From: Desulfobacterales bacterium
GTDB taxonomy: Bacteria > Desulfobacterota > Desulfobacteria > Desulfobacterales > UBA2174
NCBI GenBank assembly: GCA_963668645.2
Contig: CAXXWC010000021.1
Location: 768,001-832,000, forward strand
Length of the DNA stretch: 64,000 nt
Direction of reading: 5' to 3'
Positions within the stretch are counted from its first letter, which is position 1. Each line of letters opens with the position of its first letter. Of this stretch, positions 9,572 through 19,092 are shown piece after piece. The notes below the pieces were generated by a model. The model did no database searches. It saw only the letters and a program-made list of their open reading frames with translations, and was not told where the DNA came from. Position numbers and translations under genes: made by a program.

Positions 9572-9794
9572 GGACTGATACTTTTTCTAATAACTTTGGT
9601 ATCATCCAGTTATAACAAGTTTTCTATTCTTGCTTAAGAAGCCCGGAGAGTGGGAGTGCAACACAAAAGAGGGCCGCTGCGCTATGGCGCGTAAGCCATA
9701 GTTGGGGCAAAAAGACCATACCTCCAAGTTTTACGATTCCATCGTGGTGCGGCGCGCGAATAGATTGTACCACATTCTCCTTGACGACAAATTG

Positions 9795-11189
9795 TTACAA
9801 CTGCTTGATCTTGCGCAGGAGCGTCTTATAGTCAACGCCCAACCTTCTGGCGGTTTCGCTTTTGTTCCCGTTAAACTTTGCCAGCGCTTCCTGAATGATC
9901 CTGTTCTCCAGTTCTTGAGTTGCAGCACAAACGATTGCCTTGAGCGAAGACTTCCCCTCCCATACCTCCTGGAGAACCGGTGGTGCCGTGAACCCCGCTT
10001 TTAGCGAAGTATCCTCAGCGGCAAAAGAGAAGTGCTCCGGTTTGATGGAACAACCGTTTTCGGCAAGTAGCACGGCCTGGCGGATGACATTGCGCAATTC
10101 CCGGACATTGCCGGGCCAGTTGTACGCGGTCAGCGCCTGAACCGCCTCAAAAGACAGCGGGCCGGATTTTTTGGTCAACTCCTCCTGGGCTTCCTGCATG
10201 AATCGGTTGGCCAGATAAGCGATGTCGTCGGTTCTCTCTCTCAGAGAAGGGACCCGGAGGGCAAATTCCCTCAATCGAAAGTACAGATCCGCACGAAATC
10301 TTCCATATTCTATCTCCTGGTCCAGCGGCCGGTTAGCGGCCGCAATGATGCGGACATTGATTGGCCGCTGCTGCTTGGCCCCAAGCCTTTGTATGGCCCG
10401 CTCCTGCAGTACCCGCAGCAGCTTTTGCTGCGCCGCGTAAGGCAGGTTTTCCACTTCGTCGAGAAACAGGGTCCCCCCGTCTGCCAATTCGAATTGCCCC
10501 GGCTTGTCTGAAACGGCACCGGTAAAAGCGCCCCGGACATATCCGAACAGTTCGCTTTCGATGAGGGTCTCTGGAATGGCACCGCAGTCGACGGCCACAA
10601 ACGGCCGCTGAGCGTCAGCAGGCGCGCTGAACTGATGAAGTGCCCGTGCCACCAGTTCCTTGCCGGCCCCGCTCTCGCCCTCGATCAATACCGTAAAGGG
10701 GGTCGGTGCCACCTTTTCCACCAGTTCCTCCAGCTTGCGAATCTGATCGCTGTGCCCCATGAGTTCGAAAAGCGATGCGCGTTCGGCTAAAATTTTGCGA
10801 AGGTGCTCCACCTCGCGAGTCAGGTCCCTGCTTTGCAAGGCCCTTTGAATGGTAAAGAGCAGGTCGTTGTTGTCCACCGGCTTGGTCGCATAATCATAAA
10901 CCCCTAGCTTCATGGCGCTCACCGCAGACCGGACCTCTCCGTAGGCCGTGAGCATGACGATGGGGATACCCGGGGCAATCTTAAGAAGTCGGGCCGCTAC
11001 TTCGAGGCCATCGGCCCCCGGCATACGGTAATCGAGAAGAATGAGGTCGGGAATTGCATGTTTCAACAGATGCAGGGCAGCCCGGCCATCTTCGGCCTCC
11101 AGGATTTCGTATCCTGCGTTGCGCAACACATTGCCTGTGACCCACCGGAAATCTGCGTCGTCGTCCACCAGAAGGATTTTTATCGGCAT
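9795..11189 (-). CDS. Sigma54-dependent response regulator (NtrC family: REC-AAA+-Fis HTH)
   Basis: [35 protein letters not shown]-terminal [11 protein letters not shown]. Confidence 0.95.
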   Translation of the reverse strand: MPIKILLVDDDADFRWVTGNVLRNAGYEILEAEDGRAALHLLKHAIPDLILLDYRMPGADGLEVAARLLKIAPGIPIVMLTAYGEVRSAVSAMKLGVYDYATKPVDNNDLLFTIQRALQSRDLTREVEHLRKILAERASLFELMGHSDQIRKLEELVEKVAPTPFTVLIEGESGAGKELVARALHQFSAPADAQRPFVAVDCGAIPETLIESELFGYVRGAFTGAVSDKPGQFELADGGTLFLDEVENLPYAAQQKLLRVLQERAIQRLGAKQQRPINVRIIAAANRPLDQEIEYGRFRADLYFRLREFALRVPSLRERTDDIAYLANRFMQEAQEELTKKSGPLSFEAVQALTAYNWPGNVRELRNVIRQAVLLAENGCSIKPEHFSFAAEDTSLKAGFTAPPVLQEVWEGKSSLKAIVCAATQELENRIIQEALAKFNGNKSETARRLGVDYKTLLRKIKQL

Positions 11190-13108
11190 TGGCTTCCTCT
11201 TTCATCGCGACCGTCCGATGCCGCATCGGGAAAAGGCACCGCCCGCGAAAGGCAGATGGAAATACATGTCCCCCCGCTATCCGGGCACGCCACAAGGATT
11301 TCACCGCCGTGCTCCTGCACAATCGAATGGCAGATGCTCAACCCCAGCCCGGTCCCACCATCCTTGGTGGAAAAAAAAGGGTCAAAAATGCGCTGCCGGT
11401 AATCGGGAGGAATCCCCGGGCCATCGTCCGCAATGTCCACTTGAATGCCGTCCCGGTTTTCATCGAGAGTGGTGCGAATAGTTACGATTCCCCTTCCACC
11501 AATGGCTTGTACAGCGTTCATGATGACGTTGAGAAAAACCTGTTTCAGTTTATCTTCATCTGCGCTAACCCGTGGCAGCCCGGTCTGAAGATCCATTGTA
11601 AAGGATGTCTTGTGGGCCTGGAGTTCAAAGCCGGCCATTTCAACTGCTCCCGACAACAGATTGTTAATGTCCACCTCTTTCACCAGAAGCCGGGAGGGCC
11701 TGGCAAAGTTGAGCAGTTCTTCAATAAGACGGTTTGCCCGCCGACTGTTGCGGAAAATCACCTGAAGATTTTCCTGAAGGGAACGGTGGACCTGCATGTT
11801 GTCAAGGCAAAATTGCGCACAGGAACTGATGACAGCCAGAGGGTTCTTAAGCTCATGGGCCAGCCCTGCGGCCAGTCGTCCGAGAGAGGTCAGTTTTTCC
11901 GAACGGTCCATCAGTTCAGTGATCCGTTTTTGTTCGGTGATATCGGAAAAAGACCCCATGACACAAAAAGGCTCGCCGGTATCACTCTTTACCAGGGTGA
12001 TAGAAACATGAAAATCTCTTATGCTGCCATCCTTGCGGCGCCCCTTCATCTCAGATGCGCCCTGCCCCCCGGCAAGAATCGTTTCCAGGAAAGGCCTGTC
12101 TTTATCACCGTTTGGCAAGTGGAAAAATTCCTGGATGGAATGCCACCAGACATCCTCCTCAGATTCATATCCGAATATTCTGAGAAAAGACCGGTTGATA
12201 TCGGTGATAACCCCATTATGATCGGCAAAAAAGAATCCATTGTCAGAGGCGGCGATGGCCAGGTCCTTGATTCTGAGATTCTCTTCCGCACGAATCCGCT
12301 CGGAGATATCCCTCAACACCGCTAGCATGGCCGGTTTCCCTTCCCACAGGGTTTGGGCAAGGCTCATTTCCACCCAGAAACAGGCCCGGTCTTTGGACAA
12401 CATCCGGAAACGGATCAAGCGTTCCACTTCCTCAACCTTGCGGTGCCGGCGAAAAAACGCCATCACACGGTCGAAGTCGTCGGGATGAATGATGTCAACC
12501 AGAGGGAGCTTAAGCAGTTCCGCCTCCGAATAACCGGAGAGCGATACGGCCCGGGGGTTGGCATAGCGGATAAATCCCCCCCGCCCCACCAAGATCATAT
12601 CCCGGGAGCGTTCCACCATGTCTCGCCATCTGAGCTGGGATCCGCGAAATTCGAAGGTCCTCTCCGTATCGTTTTTTTCCAGCAGATGGATTCTTTCCGC
12701 CAGTTCCTCCCTCGTGGCGGCAAGGCCCCTTCGCATTTCCTGCTTGGCGACGGCTCTTTTGATAGCATTTTTGACCGCCACCATCTCAAACGGTTTGAGG
12801 ATATAATCCAAAGCTCCCTTTTCCGGGATGGTCTTTATCAGTGGATCGAAATCGAGATATCCCGTAACCATCAGTATCCCTACCGCGGGTGCGATGCGTT
12901 GGATTTCCTTCAGGGTCTCGATTCCATCCATCACCGGCATGGAAACATCCAAAATCGCCAATATAACGTCATGTTGCCGGATCAGCTCCACGGCCTCTGC
13001 ACCGTTGGTGGCCTGGAGCGTAACGAATCCTTCGGCTTCAAGGGCCGTTGCAAGCAGGGTCCGAATGGTGCTCTCATCATCGGCGATTAAAATTTTGCGC
13101 GATGCCAT
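11180..13108 (-). CDS. Hybrid sensor histidine kinase (REC-PAS-PAS-HisKA-HATPase)
   Basis: N-terminal receiver, two PAS/PAC, LAHELKNPL, NAVQA, DDGPGI, GTGLGL. Confidence 0.93.
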   Translation of the reverse strand: MASRKILIADDESTIRTLLATALEAEGFVTLQATNGAEAVELIRQHDVILAILDVSMPVMDGIETLKEIQRIAPAVGILMVTGYLDFDPLIKTIPEKGALDYILKPFEMVAVKNAIKRAVAKQEMRRGLAATREELAERIHLLEKNDTERTFEFRGSQLRWRDMVERSRDMILVGRGGFIRYANPRAVSLSGYSEAELLKLPLVDIIHPDDFDRVMAFFRRHRKVEEVERLIRFRMLSKDRACFWVEMSLAQTLWEGKPAMLAVLRDISERIRAEENLRIKDLAIAASDNGFFFADHNGVITDINRSFLRIFGYESEEDVWWHSIQEFFHLPNGDKDRPFLETILAGGQGASEMKGRRKDGSIRDFHVSITLVKSDTGEPFCVMGSFSDITEQKRITELMDRSEKLTSLGRLAAGLAHELKNPLAVISSCAQFCLDNMQVHRSLQENLQVIFRNSRRANRLIEELLNFARPSRLLVKEVDINNLLSGAVEMAGFELQAHKTSFTMDLQTGLPRVSADEDKLKQVFLNVIMNAVQAIGGRGIVTIRTTLDENRDGIQVDIADDGPGIPPDYRQRIFDPFFSTKDGGTGLGLSICHSIVQEHGGEILVACPDSGGTCISICLSRAVPFPDAASDGRDERGSQCR

Positions 13109-13180
13109 AATCAAGCCTCACAGGAGCCCGCGCCCTGTCATTGTTCCCTGGGGCGCTGCCATAAACACCGGCCATCCTTT

Positions 13181-13747
13181 TCAACCAGAAACCACTTCGC
13201 TGCGGGCATCGTGCAATACGGTCCGAACCGCCGCCAGCAGCATATGGGGAAAAATCGGCTTGGCTAACAACATAAAAGGTCCATGGGCCAGGGCGCGGGC
13301 CATCAAATCGCCTTCCGGGTAGCCGGTGACCACGATCACCGGCAGCCCATCATGGAGTTTTCGCAAGACCTCGAGAAAGTCCGGGCCATCCATTCCGGGC
13401 ATCATCAAATCGAGCAATATCAGATGCACCGTTTCGCGCTTCAAAATCTCCAGCCCCTCTTCCCCAGTTTGAGCCGTTATGACCCGATATCCCACCTTCC
13501 CGAGGATGCTGCGGATCACCTGACAGATGGACACCTCATCGTCGACCACCAGGATAGAAAACGAACTGTTGCGTTGATGATGGCCGAGAGCCCAATCAAG
13601 GAGATCTTTGCGCCTGAAGCGCCAATCTTTACCGACTTTGAAGGATGGGATTTCTCCGCGCCGGGCCAGACGGCGGATGGTTTCCACATGAGTTCCGAAT
13701 TCTTCGGCCGCCTGTTGGGCGTTGATCACTCCGGTTTCTGAAATCAT
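13181..13747 (-). CDS. Excisionase-like HTH DNA-binding domain fused to receiver domain
   Basis: QAAEEFGTHVETIRRLARRGEIPSFKVGKDWRFRRKDL, then ILVVDDE..LLDLMMP; start 13747 or 13777. Confidence 0.85.
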   Translation of the reverse strand: MISETGVINAQQAAEEFGTHVETIRRLARRGEIPSFKVGKDWRFRRKDLLDWALGHHQRNSSFSILVVDDEVSICQVIRSILGKVGYRVITAQTGEEGLEILKRETVHLILLDLMMPGMDGPDFLEVLRKLHDGLPVIVVTGYPEGDLMARALAHGPFMLLAKPIFPHMLLAAVRTVLHDARSEVVSG

Positions 13748-13790
13748 CGAGGCTTTCCATGAGCATCGGAGATGCATGTTTTAATTTAGT

Positions 13791-13834
13791 TTGGTTGAGT
13801 TTGATTTGGTTGAGCTTGGTTGAGTTTGGTTGAG
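13791..13834. repeat. Four copies of TTGGTTGAG upstream of the HTH-REC gene
   Basis: Copies at 13791, 13806, 13816, 13826 (last three 10 bp apart). Confidence 0.8.
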
Positions 13835-13999
13835 AATTGATGTCATGTCAACCAATTTGAACCAAATGGGAAAACTAACGAGGGTGCGGGCAGCGTAAAC
13901 CTGTTGCAAGGTTGGACGACTTCCCGCCCTGGCTGCGGGCGGCCAGCGGCCAGTGACGATCGGGCGGCCTTGGCCCGCCCGGGGAAATCGTAGCCAGGG

Positions 14000-15010
14000 C
14001 TATCCGTCCAGGGAAAACCTATGAGTAGTGAACAACCGCAGACAGGCATCGGCCACATCAGGGTCGTACTGGGCGGCCCGGCCTCTGGAAATTTCCGCCA
14101 AGGCCGCGTCCTGCCCCAAACCTGGGCGGTAAGGACGATGGGTGGCCATGGCCTCGACCACATCAGCCACCGACAGGATGCGGGCTTCGAGCAGTATCTT
14201 ATCTCCGCAAAGCCCCTGGGGATAGCCGGAACCGTCCATCCGCTCATGATGTTCGAGGATCATCCGGGCAATGGGCCAGGGAAAATCGATATCCGCCACG
14301 ATGTCGTGGCCGATTTGGGGGTGGGTTTTGATCAGGGCGAATTCGATCTCGGTCAAACGCGTCGGTTTGCTTAAAATCTCGGCCGGCACCGCGATCTTAC
14401 CCAGATCGTGGATCATGCCGGCCATGCGGATCCCCTCGATGCAATCCACAGGCATTTTCATCTCCCTGCCAATGGCCACGGCAAGGTCCGCCACACGGCG
14501 TTGATGGCCGGCAGTATAAGGATCGCGCTTTTCGACCGTCAGGCTCATGGCATGTACGATGCCCTCCAGTGCTTTCTGGAGCTTGGCGGTGCGTTCTTCG
14601 ACCTTGCCTTCCAGGGCCTGGCGATACATCCGCTGGCCAAGCTCCAATTGGCGGCGGCGCAAGGCATTTTGGACGTTGATAACCAGCTCGTTGGAGTGAA
14701 ACGGTTTGATGATATACCCGTAAGTGCCGGCGTCGATGGCCGCTGCGGCGATGGCCGGGTCATCCACCCCGGTAACCATAATCACCGCCGTCTCCTCGTA
14801 TTGTCCACCGATGTGCCGGGCCAAATCGATTCCAGACTCTCCGGGCATCTCCACGTCGCAAAGCGCCAAATCAAAGGACTGCTCCTGAAGGCAGTATCTA
14901 GCTTCTTCGCTGCTGGCGCTCACAGTGCACTGGTGGCCGGCCCGGGACAGGATCCGCTGCAACAAGTGCCGTATAAGTTCATCGTCGTCAACGATCAGTA
15001 TGTCGGCCAT
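14000..15010 (-). CDS. REC-HD-GYP c-di-GMP phosphodiesterase
   Basis: MADILIVDDD start, RDPYTAGHQRRV, IHDLGK, HHERMDGSGYP. Confidence 0.93.
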   Translation of the reverse strand: MADILIVDDDELIRHLLQRILSRAGHQCTVSASSEEARYCLQEQSFDLALCDVEMPGESGIDLARHIGGQYEETAVIMVTGVDDPAIAAAAIDAGTYGYIIKPFHSNELVINVQNALRRRQLELGQRMYRQALEGKVEERTAKLQKALEGIVHAMSLTVEKRDPYTAGHQRRVADLAVAIGREMKMPVDCIEGIRMAGMIHDLGKIAVPAEILSKPTRLTEIEFALIKTHPQIGHDIVADIDFPWPIARMILEHHERMDGSGYPQGLCGDKILLEARILSVADVVEAMATHRPYRPGLGQDAALAEISRGRAAQYDPDVADACLRLFTTHRFSLDG

Positions 15011-15035
15011 TCCTTCTCCCTGATCCGTTCGGTGG

Positions 15036-17024
15036 CTAAATTCGGGGCTCCCCGGTATCCGTCGACTGTTCTGTCGAACCGGTAAGCATATCTTCAACTC
15101 TCTTAAGCAAGCCGTTGACAGTAAACGGTTTTTGGATGAACATGACGCCTTCTTCAAGCAGCCGGCCGCTTGATGTGGCTCCGTGGGAATAACCGGACAT
15201 ATACAAAATCCGTGCTTCAGGGTGCATCTGGTGAATACGGGCAAAAACCTCAGGCCCTTTCATCCCGGGCATTACCACGTCCGAAAGCACCAGACCGATC
15301 TTGCCCTCGTAGGATGAAGCCTGTGACAGGGCATCGGCCACATCGCGGGTCTCGATCACCGTGTAGCCGTGGCTGGTGAGAATCCGACTGGCCATTTTTC
15401 GCACGCCGGGCTCATCCTCCACGATCATAATCGCCGCCTTTCCGTGCACCGGCTGTGCCGAATACGGATCTTGCGCCTCTTGGTGGTCCGCAGGTCCGCA
15501 AAACGGTAGATAGATCTTGAAAGTCGTCCCGTTTTCCGGTTCGCTGTAAACCCAGATATTGCCCCCATGCTGTTTGATGATGCCGTAAGATGTCGCCAAG
15601 CCCAGGCCGGTACCCTTGTCCTTGCTTTTGGTGGTGAAAAAGGGCTCGAAAACCGAAGCCTGTGTTTTGCGATCCATTCCACAGCCGGTATCGCTGACTG
15701 CGATCATGGCGTAGTGGCCTGGAAGCACACCGGATTTTTGGGCCGCATAAGCATCGTCCAAGCTGACGGCCGCCGTTTCGATCGTCAAGGTTCCACCGTC
15801 GGGCATGGCATCGCGGGCGTTGACCGCCAGATTCATCAGCACCTGTTCGATCTGAGCCGTGTCGGCCACGATGGGTAGGGGCTCCGGGCAGAGCATCAAC
15901 TTCAGGACAATATCTTCCCCGATGATCCGGCGGATCAGCTTCTCGAACCCGGCCACCACCCTGTTGGCTTCGGTCGGCTCCACCTCCAGGATCTGCTTGC
16001 GGCTGAAAGCAAGCAGCTGGCGCGTTAGATCCTTGGCACGAACTGCAGCATACTGGACTTCTTCGAGAAATTCGTGATGGGGGTCTTCCAAGCCGATCTC
16101 GGCCATTACCATTTGGGTATAGCCCAGGATGACCGCCAACAGATTGTTGAAGTCGTGGGCCACTCCACCGGCCAGTCGTCCCACCGATTCAAGCCGCTGC
16201 GCATGGTGGAGCTGGTCTTCGAGTTCCCTGTGCTTTCTGGCCGCCACATGGAACTCGGTCATGTCCCTGATGATCAAGCTGCTTTTCTGATTTCCGGCCG
16301 TGTCGGTATAAGTGGCTGCGGTAATGTCGGCTTCAAACTTGGTTCCATCGGCGCGCAGCATAGTTGCGGTTCCGCCGGTTTTTCCATCCCGGGCTTGGAT
16401 CGCAAGCATCTCTGCCACCCGGGGATCTGAAGGATCCATCAGACCGTCTCGGCCGAGGCACTTGATCTCCTCGGCCGTACGGCCGAACATGCGGCAGGTG
16501 GTCGGATTAACCTCCAGGATGGCCCCGTTCGGCATGCCGATCAACATGGCATTCGGTGAATTGTCGAAAAATGAATTAAATTTCAGTTCGCTTTCCTGCA
16601 AGGCGGCCTGGATCTTCTTGGCCGGGGTGATGTCATCAACGGCCAGGATCGCAAGAGCGCATCCATCCATCTCAAAAGGGGCAGTCCAGTATCGGAGCCA
16701 TAGCCTGTCCAGGCCCTCGTCCCGGTTTAACAGCACATCGCCGCTTTGATGGGCGGGGACTCCGTCCGCTCCCAAGGCCTCGCAGATGGCCTTGTAAAGA
16801 CGGCACTGGCTGCAGGCTTGGCTGTAACCACACCCGCTCGGGTCTGAATGCCGGTTGATACAGGCGATCAGGTCTCCGCATCCGACCCGCTGAACTTGGG
16901 GCTTTGGCGTACCGAAAAGCGCCGCAGCGGCGGAATTGGTGTAGATGATGCATTTATCGGCATTAAAAACCGCGATGCCTGCCGGTGAGGCCTCAAAGAT
17001 GGGCCATAGTCGGTTTTCAAGCAT
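15036..17024 (-). CDS. PAS-PAS hybrid histidine kinase with C-terminal receiver (CckA-like architecture)
   Basis: AHDFNNLL, NARDAMP, FEPFFTTK, GTGLGL, receiver LVLSDVVMP; Cys-rich first PAS. Confidence 0.92.
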   Translation of the reverse strand: MLENRLWPIFEASPAGIAVFNADKCIIYTNSAAAALFGTPKPQVQRVGCGDLIACINRHSDPSGCGYSQACSQCRLYKAICEALGADGVPAHQSGDVLLNRDEGLDRLWLRYWTAPFEMDGCALAILAVDDITPAKKIQAALQESELKFNSFFDNSPNAMLIGMPNGAILEVNPTTCRMFGRTAEEIKCLGRDGLMDPSDPRVAEMLAIQARDGKTGGTATMLRADGTKFEADITAATYTDTAGNQKSSLIIRDMTEFHVAARKHRELEDQLHHAQRLESVGRLAGGVAHDFNNLLAVILGYTQMVMAEIGLEDPHHEFLEEVQYAAVRAKDLTRQLLAFSRKQILEVEPTEANRVVAGFEKLIRRIIGEDIVLKLMLCPEPLPIVADTAQIEQVLMNLAVNARDAMPDGGTLTIETAAVSLDDAYAAQKSGVLPGHYAMIAVSDTGCGMDRKTQASVFEPFFTTKSKDKGTGLGLATSYGIIKQHGGNIWVYSEPENGTTFKIYLPFCGPADHQEAQDPYSAQPVHGKAAIMIVEDEPGVRKMASRILTSHGYTVIETRDVADALSQASSYEGKIGLVLSDVVMPGMKGPEVFARIHQMHPEARILYMSGYSHGATSSGRLLEEGVMFIQKPFTVNGLLKRVEDMLTGSTEQSTDTGEPRI

Positions 17025-17220
17025 CGTTTTGCCCGTTGGATCGCTTCGAGAATATCATAAGGCAAGGTCCTGCCCGCTTCGCCAGCCATAACAGCTTGCT
17101 GTAAAATATAATAGACCTTATTTTGTGTTTAAAACCTAATTAAAACATATAGCTTAAAGCTGACAACCTGTCATGCCCCTTTTTAGAGGGCAGTAACCGT
17201 TGGCGTCCTGAATCCGAAAC

Positions 17221-17712
17221 TCAATTGCCGAATATTGGCCCATCGGGTCCCATATGGCATGAATAGCACCCGAATCCCCTTCGCGTCAGGATGCTGAATC
17301 TCTTTTTCCCAAGGGCCGCGGCCATGGAAGGCACCAAACGCGTTAGCTTCAGGCGGGTCGTATCGGGATGCTTCTTGAACTCAGGGCCGAGCAACAATTC
17401 TCCACTGAGCCTCGGCAGATAGCTCGTCGGCATCTCGAAGCTGTTGATCATGGCCCCGGGACCATGGCACAGCCCGCAGTCGACCCTGGCATACTTTTCG
17501 GGGCGCCAGGCCCTGAACACCTCGCCGGCCTTGGGCAAAATCACGGCACGCATATGCGCTTTGCGCTGCCGCAGGTCCATTTCCTTCCAGGTCAGCTTCC
17601 CCCCTAAAGAATCGGCCGGCCCCACTGCCTGGGGATAGCATCCGCCCAACATTGAGCTGGAAAAACCGAGTAAGACAATCAACATAGTTGCTTTCCGGAC
17701 GCAAAAGTTCAT
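17221..17712 (-). CDS. Putative diheme c-type cytochrome lipoprotein
   Basis: Signal peptide with LGGC lipobox-like motif; two CxxCH (CGLCH, CYSCH). Confidence 0.7.
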   Translation of the reverse strand: MNFCVRKATMLIVLLGFSSSMLGGCYPQAVGPADSLGGKLTWKEMDLRQRKAHMRAVILPKAGEVFRAWRPEKYARVDCGLCHGPGAMINSFEMPTSYLPRLSGELLLGPEFKKHPDTTRLKLTRLVPSMAAALGKKRFSILTRRGFGCYSCHMGPDGPIFGN

Positions 17713-17874
17713 TTCCCATCCCCCCCGTCCCCCTGATATGTTCAACACAATGGTCACTCTCTTGGCCCTTCGACTTGTCTTTGTCGTTGACAAATCGGCC
17801 TCTAATCCCTATTTTCGAACATCCAAAGCTCTTTGACATCCGCTTCTATCCATGCCGGATGTCCCTTCCATTAT

Positions 17875-18228
17875 GGGGGCGAAACGGCTTCGACGGGGGT
17901 ACTGAAGCACAGGCTGCATGCCGAGCGCTCGTCAGCTCGTAAAACCGACGGGGACTTAAACATAATCGCAGACGATTATAACTACGCCGTAGCCGCTTAG
18001 CCGGCTGCCGTTCCACCGGGGAACGCCTGCGACCCTGGATGGGGCGTCGACTAGCAGGACAGCCGCTCCGGAGCCGCCCGCGGCCGGATCGGTTAAATCA
18101 GTGGGCTAAGCTACCGGGAATCCAGTCCGTGGGAGTCCCGGCGGACAAAAACCAAAACCCGGAATAAGCATGTAGGGGTTTGTGTGGATTACTTTCGGAC
18201 GCGGGTTCAACTCCCGCCGCCTCCACCA
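17875..18228 (+). ncRNA. ssrA: tmRNA; tag peptide (A)ADDYNYAVAA* at 17968-18000
   Basis: 5' GGGGGCG pairs with 3' CGCCTCC-ACCA (G3.U70 alanyl determinant), T-arm GGTTCAACTCC, resume ORF ending VAA-stop. Confidence 0.97.
18202..18228 (+). repeat. att core (left), 27 bp, 3' end of ssrA
   Basis: CGGGTTCAACTCCCGCCGCCTCCACCA identical to 32093-32119. Confidence 0.95.
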
Positions 18229-18312
18229 TTTTTCTTTTGTATATTTATATAGTTATAGCATTTTATAGATCTATCTTAGTATCCCACAAGTATCCCATAT
18301 AATCAACCATCT

Positions 18313-19092
18313 TCATTCTAATTCCAGAAGCGCAACTATGAAATCATTAAAAGCTTCTATATTATCAATGATTATCGTTTCACCATCAACCCATTTATTA
18401 TCTTGTATTGAAACTTGAATTGATTTTCCCGGCTTTAAGACGTTGCCAATACATCCAACAATTGCCTTCTTCTTGCCGGCTGGCTTTTTAAATTCTCTCT
18501 TTTCTTCGCCTATTCCTTCTATATCTATACCATCTATAAAATTGGTTGCGCCAATTTTTAAAGCATTGTAATTCTTCTCTGCACAAAGCAGTAGTAAATC
18601 TTCTAAGGTTCCATCTGATTTGTTATCGGGTAGAATATATACACCTGTTAATAGACCTTCATTACTAATCATCCCTGGCTGATCGGGTAATGTCAATATG
18701 CCATTAAGTGCTTTTCGTATCTCAATAAATTTCTTTTGCACATTATTCTTTCCAAAATCGGCATCAAATACTATTCCAACGCTTTTAACTTCCTTGTTGA
18801 AATCATCACTGTTACTTATTGTTGAACTAATTGTTTTGACAATTCCATCTATACCTACAGCACTGTGAATGACAACTGTGATCCCTTCCTTGCAAAAAAA
18901 ATCAGGTATTGGCATTCTACGCTTTAAGTCACCGCCGAATGGGAATTTAGTTGGTATTAATTTTTTCCAGAAAGGACTTAATTGGTCAATCATGGTGATC
19001 CTAACAAACCCATGCATAGATAGAATTTTGCCAATAAATTCAACTTCATGAGGGCCTTCAACAACAATATATCCTGAGCTCATTTTCACCAC
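18313..19092 (-). CDS. DUF3226/TOPRIM-like protein, partner of the upstream ATPase
   Basis: IVVEG..E, GIVFDAD, GVYILPDNKSDGTLEDLL; overlaps the ATPase stop; AT-rich. Confidence 0.75.
   Translation of the reverse strand: MVKMSSGYIVVEGPHEVEFIGKILSMHGFVRITMIDQLSPFWKKLIPTKFPFGGDLKRRMPIPDFFCKEGITVVIHSAVGIDGIVKTISSTISNSDDFNKEVKSVGIVFDADFGKNNVQKKFIEIRKALNGILTLPDQPGMISNEGLLTGVYILPDNKSDGTLEDLLLLCAEKNYNALKIGATNFIDGIDIEGIGEEKREFKKPAGKKKAIVGCIGNVLKPGKSIQVSIQDNKWVDGETIIIDNIEAFNDFIVALLELE

Noticed and set aside
13781..13840. Short repeats as a CRISPR array
   Set aside because: Units are 9 bp with 1-6 bp gaps; no spacers and no cas genes in the window.
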